From Macrostomum lignano (taxonomy: Eukaryota), in the NCBI GenBank assembly GCA_002269645.1, contig NIVC01000372.1, forward strand, positions 48,733 to 112,732: DNA of 64,000 nucleotides, written 5' to 3'. The stretch's first letter is position 1. Each line of letters starts with the position of its first letter. A program made the position numbers and the translations under genes. Below the pieces are notes generated by a model that saw only the letters and a list, made by a program, of their open reading frames with translations, ran no database searches and was not told the origin of the DNA. Of this stretch, positions 37,601 to 51,178 are shown piece after piece.

Positions 37601-38409
37601 TACCCTTATTTAGTATTTGGTTTTAGTTCTTTGACACTTCTAGCTGCAGCATGTAAAATACCCAATGATTTTTAGTGCCAGCAGGGAATTATCAAGTTAT
37701 AATTTTTTTATTTATGAGCTAAAATCTAGAGTGAACAATGCATTTTCTTGCACTTAATTGTATTAGTTATGGCACAATTGGCTAACTAGAAGTAGGCCCT
37801 AGTAAATCTGACTAGGATCATACTTAATTAAAAATAGTATACTAATTAATGTACTATTTTTATTAGTTCAAATTTTAATTTATAGACAATTATTGGCTTA
37901 TTAGGCCTATAGGCCTAGTTGTTATAAAATATACAAACATTTTAAGTCTACCAAAATTGGTTATTCAAAATAATTTGTACTACTGCCTATATCTGCCTAT
38001 TGGGGATACATTATGATCTTATGTTTTTTCTAGTTTTACTGATTATTAATTAATTAAATATAATTTGCATACGTTCCTTGAACTAATCTACTATATAAGG
38101 CACTCATTGATATTGTTTCTCTTAAAGATTTAACTATATTTTTATTTTAATAACCACACTCACTTAATTGCTTTTTAAAAAGGTATCATTTCTTAAAAAT
38201 AATTATTAGCATTTTTTAGCTTTGTAGTTATAGGACTAGGCCCTATTTACTTTTTATAATATATTTTCTTATGAATATTAGAAATGCTAGTATCTATGAT
38301 ACATTGATTTTTGTTATTCAATAATTATTTTAATTTATAGGCCTAATAGCTAATGCTTTTTGTTATAGCCTTCTATAATGATCTGTTAATATAAGAATAA
38401 GTATGACCT

Positions 38410-39595
38410 AGCCATGTCCAACCATGCCCAGCCATGTCCAGCCATGCATAACTATGCCCAGCCATGCATAACTATGCCCAGCCATGCATAACTATGCCCA
38501 GCCATGCATAACTATGCCCAGCCATGCCAACCATGCCCAGCCATGCCAAACTATGCCCAGCTATGTTTAACTATACCCAGCTTTGCCTAACTCTGCTCAG
38601 CTATGTCTAACTATGCCTAGCCATGCCAACCATGTCCAGCCATGCCTAACTATGCCCAGCAATGCCTACCATGCCCAACTATGCCCAGCCATGCCCAGCC
38701 ATGCATAACTATGCCCAGCCATGCCAACCATGCCCAGCCATGCCAAACTATGCCCAGCTATGTTTAACTATACCCAGCTTTGCCTAACTCTGCTCAGCTA
38801 TGTCTAACTATGCCTAGCCATGCCAACCATGTCCAGCCATGCCTAACTATGCCCAGCAATGCCTACCATGCCCAACTATGCCCAGCCATGCCCAGCCATG
38901 CCTAACTATGCCCAGCCATGCCTAACTATGCCCAGCCTTGCCTAACTATGCCTAGCCATGCCCAGCCATGCCTAACTATGCCCAGCCTTGCCCAGCCATG
39001 TCTAACTATGCCCAGCCATGCCCAGCCATGCCTAACTATGCCCAGCCATGCCTAACTATGCCCAGCCTTGCCTAACTATGCCTAGCCATGCCCAGCCATG
39101 CCTAACTATGCCCAGCCTTGCCCAGCCATGTCTAACTATGCCCAGCCATGCCCAGCCATGCCTAACTATGCCCAGCCATGCCCAGCCATGCCTAACTATG
39201 CCCAGCCTTGCCTAACTATGCCCAGCCATGCCCAGCCATGCCAACTATGCCCAGCCATACCAACCATGCATAACTATGCCCAGCCATGCCTAACTATGCC
39301 CAGCATTGCCTAACTATGCCCAGCCATGCCCAGCCATGCCTAACTATGCCTAGCATTGCCTAACTATGCCCAGCCATGCCCAGCCATGCCAACTATGCCC
39401 AGCCATACCTAACTCTGCCCAGCCATACCAACCATGCATAACTATGCCCAGCCATGCATAACTATGCCCAGCCATGTTTAACTATGCCCAGCTTTGCCTA
39501 ACTCTGCCCAGCCATGCTTAACTATGCCCAGCCATGCCAGCCATGCCCAGTCATGCATAACTATGCCCAGCCATGCCCAACTATGGCCAGCCATG
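38410..39595. repeat. 10-bp-unit minisatellite (catgcccagc / ctaactatgc) inside the MULE
   Basis: Over 100 interleaved 10-mers, with a higher-order duplication at ~38500-38880. Confidence 0.95.
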
Positions 39596-39699
39596 CTCAA
39601 GTGTATTTTTTTACTTGTTACTTATTATTTTAATACACTATGTCTTAGTGTATTTATATTTTGTTGCCTCTTTCTATTTGTCTCGCTGTTTTCTTTTCA

Positions 39700-40869
39700 G
39701 GTGCATGTATTTTGTGATGGCGCTAATCGAGCAACTACTAGAGTGGGGCCCATTGCCACATGAGCTGACTGTGCGGCTTGCGCCTGATGATCGATCGTAT
39801 GTATGTCCAGAAAGCCAGTTTGTAGCGTGGGTAATGCTTGACGGACGTCCACCCTCTTTTGCTAAGTCCGTTTTGTGCGAGTGTCTGAAGAGCAGTCACT
39901 ATGGAACCAGTGGGCATTCTAAGGTCGTCTACTGGAAATCTAAAGACTCGGTTAGTGTACTCTTACTCGCTTATGACCAGTAGTTTAGTAACACAGTAGT
40001 CTTTATAAATACAAGTTTATTACAGTTCAATTTCTTATATTGTATGCATTACAATTTACTCTTTACACTTCACTCTCTTCACAATGCCTACCAATTTTGC
40101 TTGTCTTACTCCCGAATAAAAATTATATAATCTCCATTTCGCACATTTTCAGGCACTCTGTTGGCTCCCAGTACGGGGCGGCTCAGGAACTCCAGTACAT
40201 GCAATCTAGTGGCATTCTTTGAAACTTTGCGGTATGGAAGGTTAAAGTGTCAACACTTTACTACAAAGGACCACTCAATTAAGCCTTAGTGAGAACCAAG
40301 CTGCCGATCCGCAGGCTGCTGCTGGTCAGCAAGCTGACGGCTTGCTACACGAGTTGCAGCAACTGATGCCCAAAGTTCAACAGAATCAGCAAATTGAAAA
40401 CATGCGCAGTATGCAGCAGCAAATGGAGGAGTACATTTGAAACGTGCAGCAGCAAATGCAACAAATTGAGGGAATGCGCAACATGTAGCAGCAAATGCAG
40501 AATATGGAAGAAGGCATGCGCAACATGCAGCAAGAGCTGCGACAGATGGATGAAAGCTTGAAGTCCATGCAACAGCAGATGCACGAGACGGTGCAGGACA
40601 TAATGAAGATTCAACACGTGGTCGAGAAGCAGGGCGTTCCTGAACCACAAGAAAATAGACCTCAGTGTCTAACTACTACTGCTACTCCTGCAGGAGATAA
40701 CGATACTGTCGAAGCTATCTGCTCTGCTATAGAAGTAAGTAGCACAAAGACTAAGAGTGAATTCTCTGCATTCAACCGACAGCAGCAGCACTTAGCAGTA
40801 CAGCGACGAAAGAGAAGGTTTCCATTGAAGCCTTACACTCTTCGATCAAATGGGCCCGTTACAGAATAG
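39700..40869 (+). pseudogene. Decaying cargo gene in the MULE (exon at ~39701-39949 plus Gln/Met coiled-coil segment with in-frame stops)
   Basis: Acceptor ttttcag at 39700, MALIEQLLEWGPLP...YWKSKDS|gttagt; downstream frame ...MRSMQQQMEEYI*NVQQQMQQIEGMRNM*QQMQNMEEGMRNMQQ with TGA and TAG interruptions. Confidence 0.55.
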
Positions 40870-42008
40870 GTGGTCCAGTGCAACGAGGGCGAGAAATTGT
40901 AAACGTAAAATTGTAAACTTTTTTATTCTCTAATTTAGAATTTAGTACTACTTGAAGTAATAAGTTGTTCAGTTAATCAAGGTGTACATGTTGACATACT
41001 CTTACATAGCCACATACGAAGCAGTTTATGTAATGTAATGTATGGTGCTATTTATGTAGCTTCATTTGACTGAAATTAGCTTTTTGTCTATCGTTCATCT
41101 GTTTAACCATTATAAAATGTCCAAAAATGTGTCCTTTAATTTTATGTTCTTTACATGCAATTTTGTGCTACTCAGTACTCAGCAATTATCAAATAAATGC
41201 GACTTATTACATACTTCCAAAACGAAACATTTCCAACTTGAAACTTCATATCAAAATAAATTTAGTAACACATTGATTATTATTACTTTATAATTTTTAT
41301 TACTATTGAAGAGTAGATGTCAAAAACCAATAAACGATTTTTTCAGAGTTGGTTCGATGGTTGAAAAAAGCTTCTTTATTAGTCTTTATAAGACGTTGGG
41401 AACACAAAACAACAAAAGCATACATTCTCTCCTTAGACAATAAATTATAGTGCATTAAATGTGAAAGCCAAATTAGCTTTGCAAAATGAGTATATTCGTT
41501 GAAATTCTGAGAAACTCATAGGAGTTAAAATGGTTTAAAAGAGAATTTATGTGTAGTACAATCTAAGATTTCTCAAAACCATAGCAGTTTTAAATTGCTT
41601 AAATAAGAAGAATGTATTCTTAAATTGCGTTGTAATGTAGAACTGCTAAACTTGCGTTTACTATTAAAATTGCGTTTACTACATACACAGTAGTAAAGGT
41701 TTGTGCATTAAGTGAAAATAAGTAAGCTAGGTTTTATGTTGAATAGAGCAAACAAGATACTAAATACTAAAAAACAGTAAAGTACATGTATACTATACTA
41801 CCATGTGTGTCCATGCGGTAAATATGCTACAAATTAAAACAAGCACTAAAAGATTTGCTGTAATTTAATTTAATTTAGTATAATGTATAATCCTAGTCAA
41901 ATTGACTAGGGCCTACTTCTAGTTAGCAAATTGTCCCATAACTAATGCAATAAGTGCAAGAAAATGCATTGTCTACTCTAGATTTTATCTCATTGACATT
42001 AATTATAA

Positions 42009-42600
42009 GGCAGTGCTTATCCCCACGGTACCGTAGGAATAATTTCTGTCTTATTCCAACGGTACCGTGGGGATAATTTTCTGCTTATCCGCACGGCACA
42101 CTGACGAGATAGCTGCCTATCTTCTACATATGCCGTGGGTTCATAATTTAGTTTAGTACTTACGGTTTGAGTGCAATATAACAACATAACTTTGCTTGGC
42201 TATTATTTTGATAGAAGTAAAGATTTAATGGCCTTTTTACGCAAAAAAACACTTTTTTGTATTTATGACGTATGATTTAAGATGAATTGCTCTAGTAATT
42301 GTTTACAATTTAGGAACTTTTAGCAACTAGTCTAATCCCGACATCCCCGAAAAGTCCATTGCCGCTGTTTCTGTAGACTTCTTACTAGACATGTAAATTC
42401 TCAATTTGTTTGTATAGATTATTGCATTGCTTCAACAATTCACCCGTGCGGATAAGCAGAAAATTATTCCCACGGCATATGTAGAAGATGGGGCAGCTAT
42501 CTCGTCAATGTGCCGTGCGGATAAGCAGAAAATTATCCCCACGGTACCGTTGGAATAAGACAGAAATTATTCCTACGGTACCGTGGGGATAAGCACTGCC
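42009..42600. mobile_element. PIF/Harbinger-type MITE nested in the right TIR of the MULE
   Basis: GGCAGTGCTTATCCCCACGG...CCGTGGGGATAAGCACTGCC, ~120-bp TIRs, TAA duplication at 42006-42008 and 42601-42603. Confidence 0.9.
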
Positions 42601-43696
42601 TAATTGGCAATTATAAAATATATTTAATTCGATAGTTCTTTGCTGGCGAGCTTAAGTTTAAATGATAAATAAAAAAAATTTACCAGACAAGCTTGAAATC
42701 CAAAAGTCGAAATTTTACGATTATTAAAAGAATTATACACTATAGTTAATACTAAAATAAGATTGCTACGCCTGTTTTTGAGCCTAAATGAAAGACCCCA
42801 TCGACGAGCTCTACACGCTAACTTGAATTTTAAATTAGCGCGAAATTGCCGTACGAATAGTGGCCAAATTATTCATACGGTACCGTACGAATAGTCACTT
42901 CCCATTTTAAAACTAGGCCTGCCGTCAGAGCTTCGGACACGAGTTAAATTTATTCAAAAATGTAGAAAGTAGAACAAAAAGTAAAAAACAGGTTTTTAAT
43001 AAGAGCAACTAATTTTAAGTCAAAAGCCTAGTTTTTTATTTTTAATTTAAAAAAAGCTATATAGTGCCGCAATAAAATGAGGCAAAAAAATATTTCGGTG
43101 GGAATTGACTCCGTGTATTGATGCTATTTTAGACCCTGGCGCTGGCGAACGATGTATGTTTGGCTTTGGCACCCTGTCTGTGTCGCTACTTGCTAGTGAC
43201 CAAACATTCAAGCTAGAATAGCTAGACTAGAAAATTTTAGTTTAAACTGCTGTTGAGACTTTCGACTTACAACAACCAAAGGACCCAATGATCAATTCTT
43301 GGGTACTTGCATGTACATGTAACATTCACACGCATGCTTTTATACATGTACTAGTACTTACAGTAATTGTTAGCATCATCTGTTCCTCATCAACAGCGGC
43401 ACCTTCCGATAGTGGGTTGAGTCGAATCTGGTGGTCCTTTTATATGGTGGTTAGTCAAGCGTAAGCGCGAGTAACGAGCGTACATCATGTATTTTGACTT
43501 TGGGGACGCTGAAGTGCTTAACACGTACGAGCGTACATGTACACGTGTAGAAAAAAAAGAAAAAACCAGCAACTTTTATATAGTAAACGGAAGATATATT
43601 TTCAAGCATTTACCAAATAATTGCACGCTGTCAACAAACGGTCACGCTACTAGCAACTGTTTTTATTTGTAAAAAAGCTTGTAAAAATACTCTTAA

Positions 43697-46600
43697 TTAG
43701 GCAGCAGTAAGAGGCACGCACACCCAGCGGAAGCTTGGCCAAAAGGATAGATCATCAGCCACATCGTCCGAAGCAGCGCACAGCAGGTGCACGGCACCGT
43801 CGGCGTGGGTCAGGCATCGCGTCGGATAGCCCGGCGGCCACAACAATCTGTGGGGCCCTCCGGCCTCGCTGGAATGCTTAGTCAGGCCCACCTGCCAGGT
43901 TGCTTGCCAACGTTGAAATGCACGCCTGCAAACAAACAGATGGCAAGATGGCGTACAGAAGATACCATTTGTGTCCTTGAACAAGGCACTTGACTCTGCA
44001 TTGGTTCAGCTCACCCAACTGTTAAATGGCTACCAGAATTAGCTGGGGTAATTAAGGGTGTGTGACGACCAGGGGCGTAGGGAGGGGGATGGGGGATGTT
44101 TTTCTAGCATATTTCTCTTTTCCCTCCCTAGGGGCGGCCAATTCCCCCCCCCCAAAGAAAATTTTTGGCGGCGCGCCTGGTGGCGAACCCCCAGTCCTTG
44201 GACTGAGCAACCGTACGCAGCCTTCAGATGCGCCGCGCAATAGCTGCGGCTGAGCTGTCGGTTGCACATCTGCCCCATTAGGGCAGGCTTAAATTATTAT
44301 TAATCATTAATTCATTTGTAAGCCTAGGGTTAACTGGCCAATCGAATCCAGGGGCTCCACCGCTGCACTGCTTACCCAGAGCTCCAGTGTTAAGTAAAAA
44401 AAGATACAAAATCTGCATCTCAGTTAGCCCCCTCACCTATCAGCCGGAGTCAAGTGTTTTCTCTGCTCCCTGAACTGGTCGTCGCTAATCATATAGCAGC
44501 CCGGCCAGCTGACCAGACTGGCATACAGGGAGAACAGGTCATCACACTTGGACCGCTTGAACAGGTACATAGATACAGGCACCGGGGCCCGGCTGCAGTA
44601 CATTCGAAACTGTCGAAAGAACTCGTCAGTAAACAGATGCTTGGATTCGACCAGTTTGCCTACGAATACCAGGTGGCGGAGTGGCCTGCCGGACAGCGGC
44701 AGCTGGCCTTCCAGGATGGAGAAGCAGGCTGAGTAGTCCGGCTTGATCTTCGCACGGCCTGAGCTGCCGCCGCTGCCCAGATGCAGCAGCAAGTTGTTCA
44801 AGTCCAGTACAGCGCCAGGCCGTCCGTTACGAGCGGTTTTATGGCGCAGCCACTGTCGGAAATCGGCGGCCTCGTCTGGATCGGTGCGCCACACCGGTTG
44901 CCCGCTGGCCTGCCGAAGCTCCAACAGGCGGCTGGCCAGGCCGGCCGCGTCCAGCTGATCGCTGTCGGCCGCGCCAGTGCTGTACGCCTCGGACAGGGAG
45001 CGGCCGCAGGAGGCGCACCGGCGGTCCATGGTCGCCTCCAACGCGGTGGAAGGGGACAGTGTCCTTGACTAGAAGTACAATTATAAAATTCCACTTTTAT
45101 AACAGACAAAAGTTCTAGAAATCACGTGTTTTAAGCCAAAAACTTTCGATATCAGTCCTCATCGTACATCTGATCAGAAGATCTTAAACCTCGGTGCTCA
45201 CCCAGCCCGAAACCCTCCATCCCGAGTGCTTACCCAGCCCCCGCGAGTGCTCACCCAGCCCGAAACCCTCCATCCCCAGTGCTCACCCAGCCCCGCGAGT
45301 GCTCACCCAGCCCCGTGAGTGCTTACCCAGCCCGAAACCCTCCATCCCCAGTGCTCACCTAGCCCGAAACCCTCCATTCCCAGTGCTCACCCAGCTCGAA
45401 ACCCTCCATCCCCAGTGCTTACCCAGCTCGAAACCCTCCATCCCCAGTGCTCACCCAACCCGAAACCTTCCATTCCTAGTGTCCACCCAGCCCCCCGAGT
45501 GCTCACCCAGCCGAAAACCCTCCATTCCCAGTGTTCACCCAGCCCCCGAGTGCTCACCCAACCCGAAACCTTCCATTCCCAGTGTTCACCCAGCCCCCCG
45601 AGTGCTCACCCAGCCGAAAACCCTCCATTCCCAGTGTTCACCCAGCCCCCGAGTGCTCACCCAACCCGAAACCTTCCATTCCCAGTGTTCACCCAGCCCC
45701 TGAGTGCTCACCCAACCCGAAACCCTCCATCCCCAGTGCTCACTGGAGTCTTATCCAGCAGCAGTCGGGCCAGTCGCAGGGCAGCAGGCTGGCTGAACAG
45801 CAGTCCGTGCCGACACGCCGGCTCCACCAGCAGCTGGCTGAGATCTCCCCAGCTGTCGGGCGCAGCGGCAACTTCGGCTACCAGACGTTCGTCAATATCC
45901 CACGGTTGCCGAGGCGGCAGCAGCGGGTTGGCCGCATTGTCTCGACGCTGCCTGCCAGCGGCTTCAAAGTACGCAAACAGCTGCTCGCTGGCTTCAAACG
46001 ACTCCGCCGGCACCTCTGACGTGTTAGCGCCGGATTCGTCCCAGACTGCGGTCAGTTCGGCAGCATCCGGCAGCTGACGAAGCAGCGACAGCATCCGGAC
46101 AGTCAGCAAGGAGCGGACAGCAGGGTCAGCGCGCTTGGACAGAGCGGCCACACAGCGTCTGCTGCCAGCTGGGTCCTGGGGAAGACGCAATGTAAACAAA
46201 CAAGTATTTTGCTAAACATTATTTCGGAAGGATGAAAGAATTTTGAAATCGGTGGCACAACACCATCCAATCATTTTCAAGCGGGTACATGTATCACGTT
46301 AAAAATTCACGTGACAGACTTCCCGCATCCGTGAATGTTCGAGCGGTGACGGCTTGTCCAATGCTAAATCCTTGATGATTAATATTTAATAGCACTGTAA
46401 CCTTGCGCCGATTGCTAACCTCATTGCAAAACTAAATACAGCAGGTTGTAATGTAAAGAAAGCGTATTTTATTTCGAGCTGAAAAAAAGCAGTATTTCAG
46501 GTGCATGAGCAGTCCCTGCTCATCTAAAAGCTAATTAGAGACTAATTCGATGTAATGCAGACCCAGAAAGCGCAAATGTCCATTTGGGATTTTTGCGCCC

Positions 46601-47228
46601 TCTCAAGTGTCTTAACAGGTCTGCGGTTGCGACGTACTTGAGAAGTTTTTCGTATCGTAACTTTAAGGACTCGTAAACAGCGGTTTGATGAGCGTAATGC
46701 AATAGGAAAGAAGGCAGCTCAACTTGTCAAACAGAGACAAACTATTCGGGCCGCAGGACTCACACCAAGCAGACGGAGCCGCGACTCTGCCATGCTGGCC
46801 AGCAGGCCGGGATTCTTCACCGCCAGCTCCTCCAGTCCGACCTGCCGCTCCAACTCCTCTAGCAGGGACGCCGTCAGCGGCCTGCCGGCTCGCTCCAGCA
46901 GCAGTTTTGGCCAGGCGTTGCCAAGGTGGCCCCAGCTGGCGACAGCTGCAGGCGAGTCGAACAGTCGGCGAAGCTCGGCAAAGTCGGCAGCACTGATCGG
47001 CGGTCGGTCGGTACTCGTCGGCACTCGCTGGAGATGGTCACCGCCGCCGCCGCATAGGTGACGCAGAGCGGAGTTGGCCGCGGCGACCGGACCTCCGCCG
47101 GATGCGCCGCGGCCGGAGTCGCGCAGCAGGCGACGCCGCAGTCCGTCCAAGAGCTGCTGCCAGTAGCCGCCGGTGCAGGAGTTGCCAGCAGTCTGAGAGG
47201 CGGCAAGCCGGCGAATGGCTGCCGACAT
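43697..47228 (-). CDS. PRORP: Protein-only RNase P catalytic subunit (PRORP/MRPP3), 4 exons (47228-46764, 46175-45744, 45068-44437, 43925-43697), ~585 aa
   Basis: Mitochondrial-type leader MSAAIRRL; Zn ligands CASC ... VHL ... RWVCV; NYN motifs AVLDLNN, KCDDLFSLYA, MISDDQFRE; all splice phases consistent. ATG choice is inferred. Confidence 0.88.
43965..44285 (+). mobile_element. 5'-truncated SINE family 1 copy in PRORP intron 3
   Basis: gtgtccttgaacaaggcacttgac...gcagccttcagatg...aatagctgcggctgagctgtcggttgcacatctg matches the 21176-21460 copy. Confidence 0.8.
44070..44179. mobile_element. 110-bp hAT-type MITE inserted in the SINE
   Basis: CAGGGGCG...CGCGCCTG ends; flanks GTGACGAC and GTGGCGAA; the uninterrupted copy at 21 kb has a single GTGGCGAC (8-bp TSD). 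Confidence 0.7.
45195..45742. repeat. C-rich minisatellite in PRORP intron 2
   Basis: gtgctcacccagcccgaaaccctccatcccca variants, running up to the donor site at 45743. Confidence 0.93.
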
Positions 47229-47604
47229 CTGCTGCAACAACAATTCCGAGCCTAAGCTGTCAATCAATTGTCAATCAAAGAGACAATTTCCCCCTAAGAA
47301 CGGCGCATTCCTGGAAAATAAGAAAGTCAAACGAATGCCTAGTCTAATAGCTAAGTAATATGGTGAGTGTTAAAAGTCTGTATTAAAAAATTCAAATAAG
47401 TCAAAAGAAAACGTCAATCGGAAAAAATCTTTCAGAATATTAAGGCTCAAGAAGAGAAGGTTGGTGTTGGTGTATAAAAAATACAGCATCAGTACTTTGC
47501 TTGGCTAATCAATGTTTAAAAATTTATAGAAGGTATGTCGAAAAATATCTACCGGTATGCTACAGAACATAATAAAGTTGTTCATAATCAGTTAGAGAGG
47601 CTGC

Positions 47605-49055
47605 TCAGGCCTTACGTGGCAAAACGCGTACCTTAGAACGGCGCGGCAGTGCCGCAATCAAATTACTGTTCTCGCTAAACGGATCCACACCCTTGTCCTC
47701 GGGGCAGTGTACAAACTCGAACGCCTGCACCAGCATCACAGTGATGAGGAATGTCACCTTTTTGGCGATAGACTCGCCCAGGCACACTCGAGTGCCCGCA
47801 CCAAACGATAGAAAGCCGCGCTTATGAGGCGCCAACTGACCTTCGTCTGTCAGAAAATGCTCAGGTTTGAACTGTGTTGGCTCGGGAAACACTGTAGGAT
47901 CGTAGTGACAGCGGTAGATTGACAGCATCACCTGGGTACCCTTCGGAAGCAGGTAATTGCCCAGCTGACAGTCCTCATAGCACTCGCGGGGAATGAGGGA
48001 CAGCAGCGCCCAGAATCGCATCACCTCGTGCAAGAAGGCGTCAGTGTACGGCAGCAGGTGCCGCTCCGACAGTCTAGGAGTTGAGTCACCGAACACTGAC
48101 TGGATCTCTTCGTAGCAGCGAGCTTGCATCTCTGGATGGTCGCACAGCGCCAACACAACCCATTACAGAGTCGGACTGGTCGTGTCAGTGCCAGCGGTGA
48201 AGATGTCGAGCAGGGTCTGCCGAAGATGGACGTCTTGGAACAGGTGACTGTAGAGTAAAATGTGTAGCAAATTAAATTTACGAGAAAGGAAAAAGACGAA
48301 ATGAAGTATGTTTTGATGTCCTCACCTCAGTATTGGCAGGAGATCAACCAAAAGACCCTTCTGGAAGCTTTGGTTCAAGTTCTCAATGTTTTTGCGTAGC
48401 ATTAAAAACCCTGGGTCAGTTGGAGTTTATTCCTTACTGAACGCCATGCGACACTGCAGATTGTACGTGAGCAGGTAGATGGTCTCATACAGATCCTTCG
48501 GCTCGGGACCCTGATCGGCAAAGAATTTTGTCACGCTGTCAAACGAATCTACAGTAAACTGCTCCAGCCGATCGGCCTGGGCGAACACTCGAAAGGCTGA
48601 GAATGAAAGACTTCCGGTGGTAGCGCAGTCGCTCGCTGTTCGGCGCCACAAAGATGTCATTATTATTTTCCGTAGCGTAAGTAAACGAATACACGACGGA
48701 ACTCCTGTTGCTTAATTGTTTGCTTAGAAGGCCTCCAAGCACCAGTTCTGGCTTCATCACAAGCAGCATCTCAGCTGGCCCTAGCTTTATTGTAACCATG
48801 TCGCCAAAACTCTCTGGCCAAACTGTCAGTGACAGTCTGGGCGGAATATCTGCCGGACTTACTGAACAGTTGCAGATTGCCCAGCAACGGGTAGCCCCAG
48901 GGCCCGGGCGGCAATGGGTAGCGGGCCCAGCGGATCGCGCGTGGGACAAACCACAATGCAGCTGCGGACGCGACAACGACAGTCAGCGCCGCTGTCAGAA
49001 TTCTCCCTGGACTATCCGGGATAATTAATAGCGGCCAAATTTCGAACGTCGACAT
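47605..49055 (-). pseudogene. Cytochrome P450 (CYP2-clan-like) pseudogene
   Basis: PPGPWGYPLLGNL, AGTDTT, EVMR, FKPEHF and FGAGTRVCLGE present; frameshifts at ~48806-48809 and ~48610; in-frame TAA at 48427-48429 and 48163-48165; segment before helix I looks missing around the 78-bp intron 48248-48325. Confidence 0.85.
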
Positions 49056-49239
49056 TTGAAAAATTATTTGCAGAAACTGAAAAACGAGAGAGTTTAATGC
49101 GCGAATTCACAGCGACTCTTGCATACAATTAAGCGCATAAACGTTGGTATAAAGCACCAACAGTCTAAGACTGTTCAATACATGAGTATATTCTATGAAC
49201 GCATAAATCATAAACTGCGAATGTCGCAAATGATGCTTG

Positions 49240-49500
49240 TTTGGTTTTGAAACCAGCCACAGTTTAGATTAGCAAACCATAAATAGGCTTGCGAAACAGT
49301 GAGGACTGCGAGACCTTACAAGAATAAGACCTGCCCAAAGTGCCATGTGGGGTTAGAAAGTGAAGTTCACTTCCTGCTCAAGTGCAGTTGGAACTTTGAT
49401 AGTGAAAAATTTGATAAATTTGAACAGGAAATGTCGCATTAGAGTTTCGAATTTTAAAACCCTTACTGCAGAAGATAAGATATTCTACGGAATGGCTCTA
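49240..49500 (+). mobile_element. Decayed 3' end of a non-LTR retrotransposon ORF2
   Basis: Broken frames give FRLANHK... and KTCPKCHVGLESEVHFLLKC, the C-terminal CCHC knuckle typical of LINE ORF2. Confidence 0.6.
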
Positions 49501-50069
49501 GAAGATCGATACATACTCGTAATGGAAGTTGTAGCATAATTCATCAAGGACATCATAACACAAGCTATGCAACTGGCCAGAGGCTTCATATTGGTATCCA
49601 AAACAACAAGCTCCAACATTCAGTAATTAGATACTAAAGTGCACTTGTACCAGAATATTCATTTGAAAATATGAATAAACGCACAAGTAAATAAATTAAT
49701 GCGACTGAAAGCAGTGCTTTTGATAATTAAAATCTAAAAAAATTAATCAGCAGCTTTTTAATGTGTTAAAGAGCCATTCAATGTATTTATCTAAAAATTC
49801 CACCACAAACGCTAGCCTGCAGACCAGTCAGTTGAAAATGTAGACTTTTTGGGACGTACTTTATATTCTGTATCGTCTTGTCTCTAAGGCCTGAACTGCA
49901 GCCGAACTTTGGTACATAGTCTTCTCTAAGTAAAACAGTTTCTCTACTTTCAGTAGCAAAGAAGAATTCGTAAGCTGTTTTATGATAAGTTGGGCAATCA
50001 GACAACTAACATGCAATTTGTGCAGCCGTTATTGTAGATTGGCCACAGTGCTGCAAAGGGGGGAATAGA

Positions 50070-51178
<1,109 letters not shown>

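Larger units (their letters stand above)
37247..42902. mobile_element. Non-autonomous Mutator-type (MULE) element, 5656 bp, ~600-bp TIRs, 9-bp TSD
   Basis: Starts GGAAGTGACTATTCGTACGG, ends CCGTACGAATAGTCACTTCC; CATTTTAAA at 37238-37246 and 42903-42911; TIR homology continues to ~37860 / ~41860; no transposase ORF. Confidence 0.92.

Noticed and set aside
42102-42130. CTGACGA followed by a GATAG/CTATC hairpin as a hammerhead
   Set aside because: No GAAA after the stem; it is part of the Harbinger MITE TIR.
45194-46077. Pro/Ser-rich plus-strand ORFs
   Set aside because: Minisatellite translation plus antisense of a PRORP exon.
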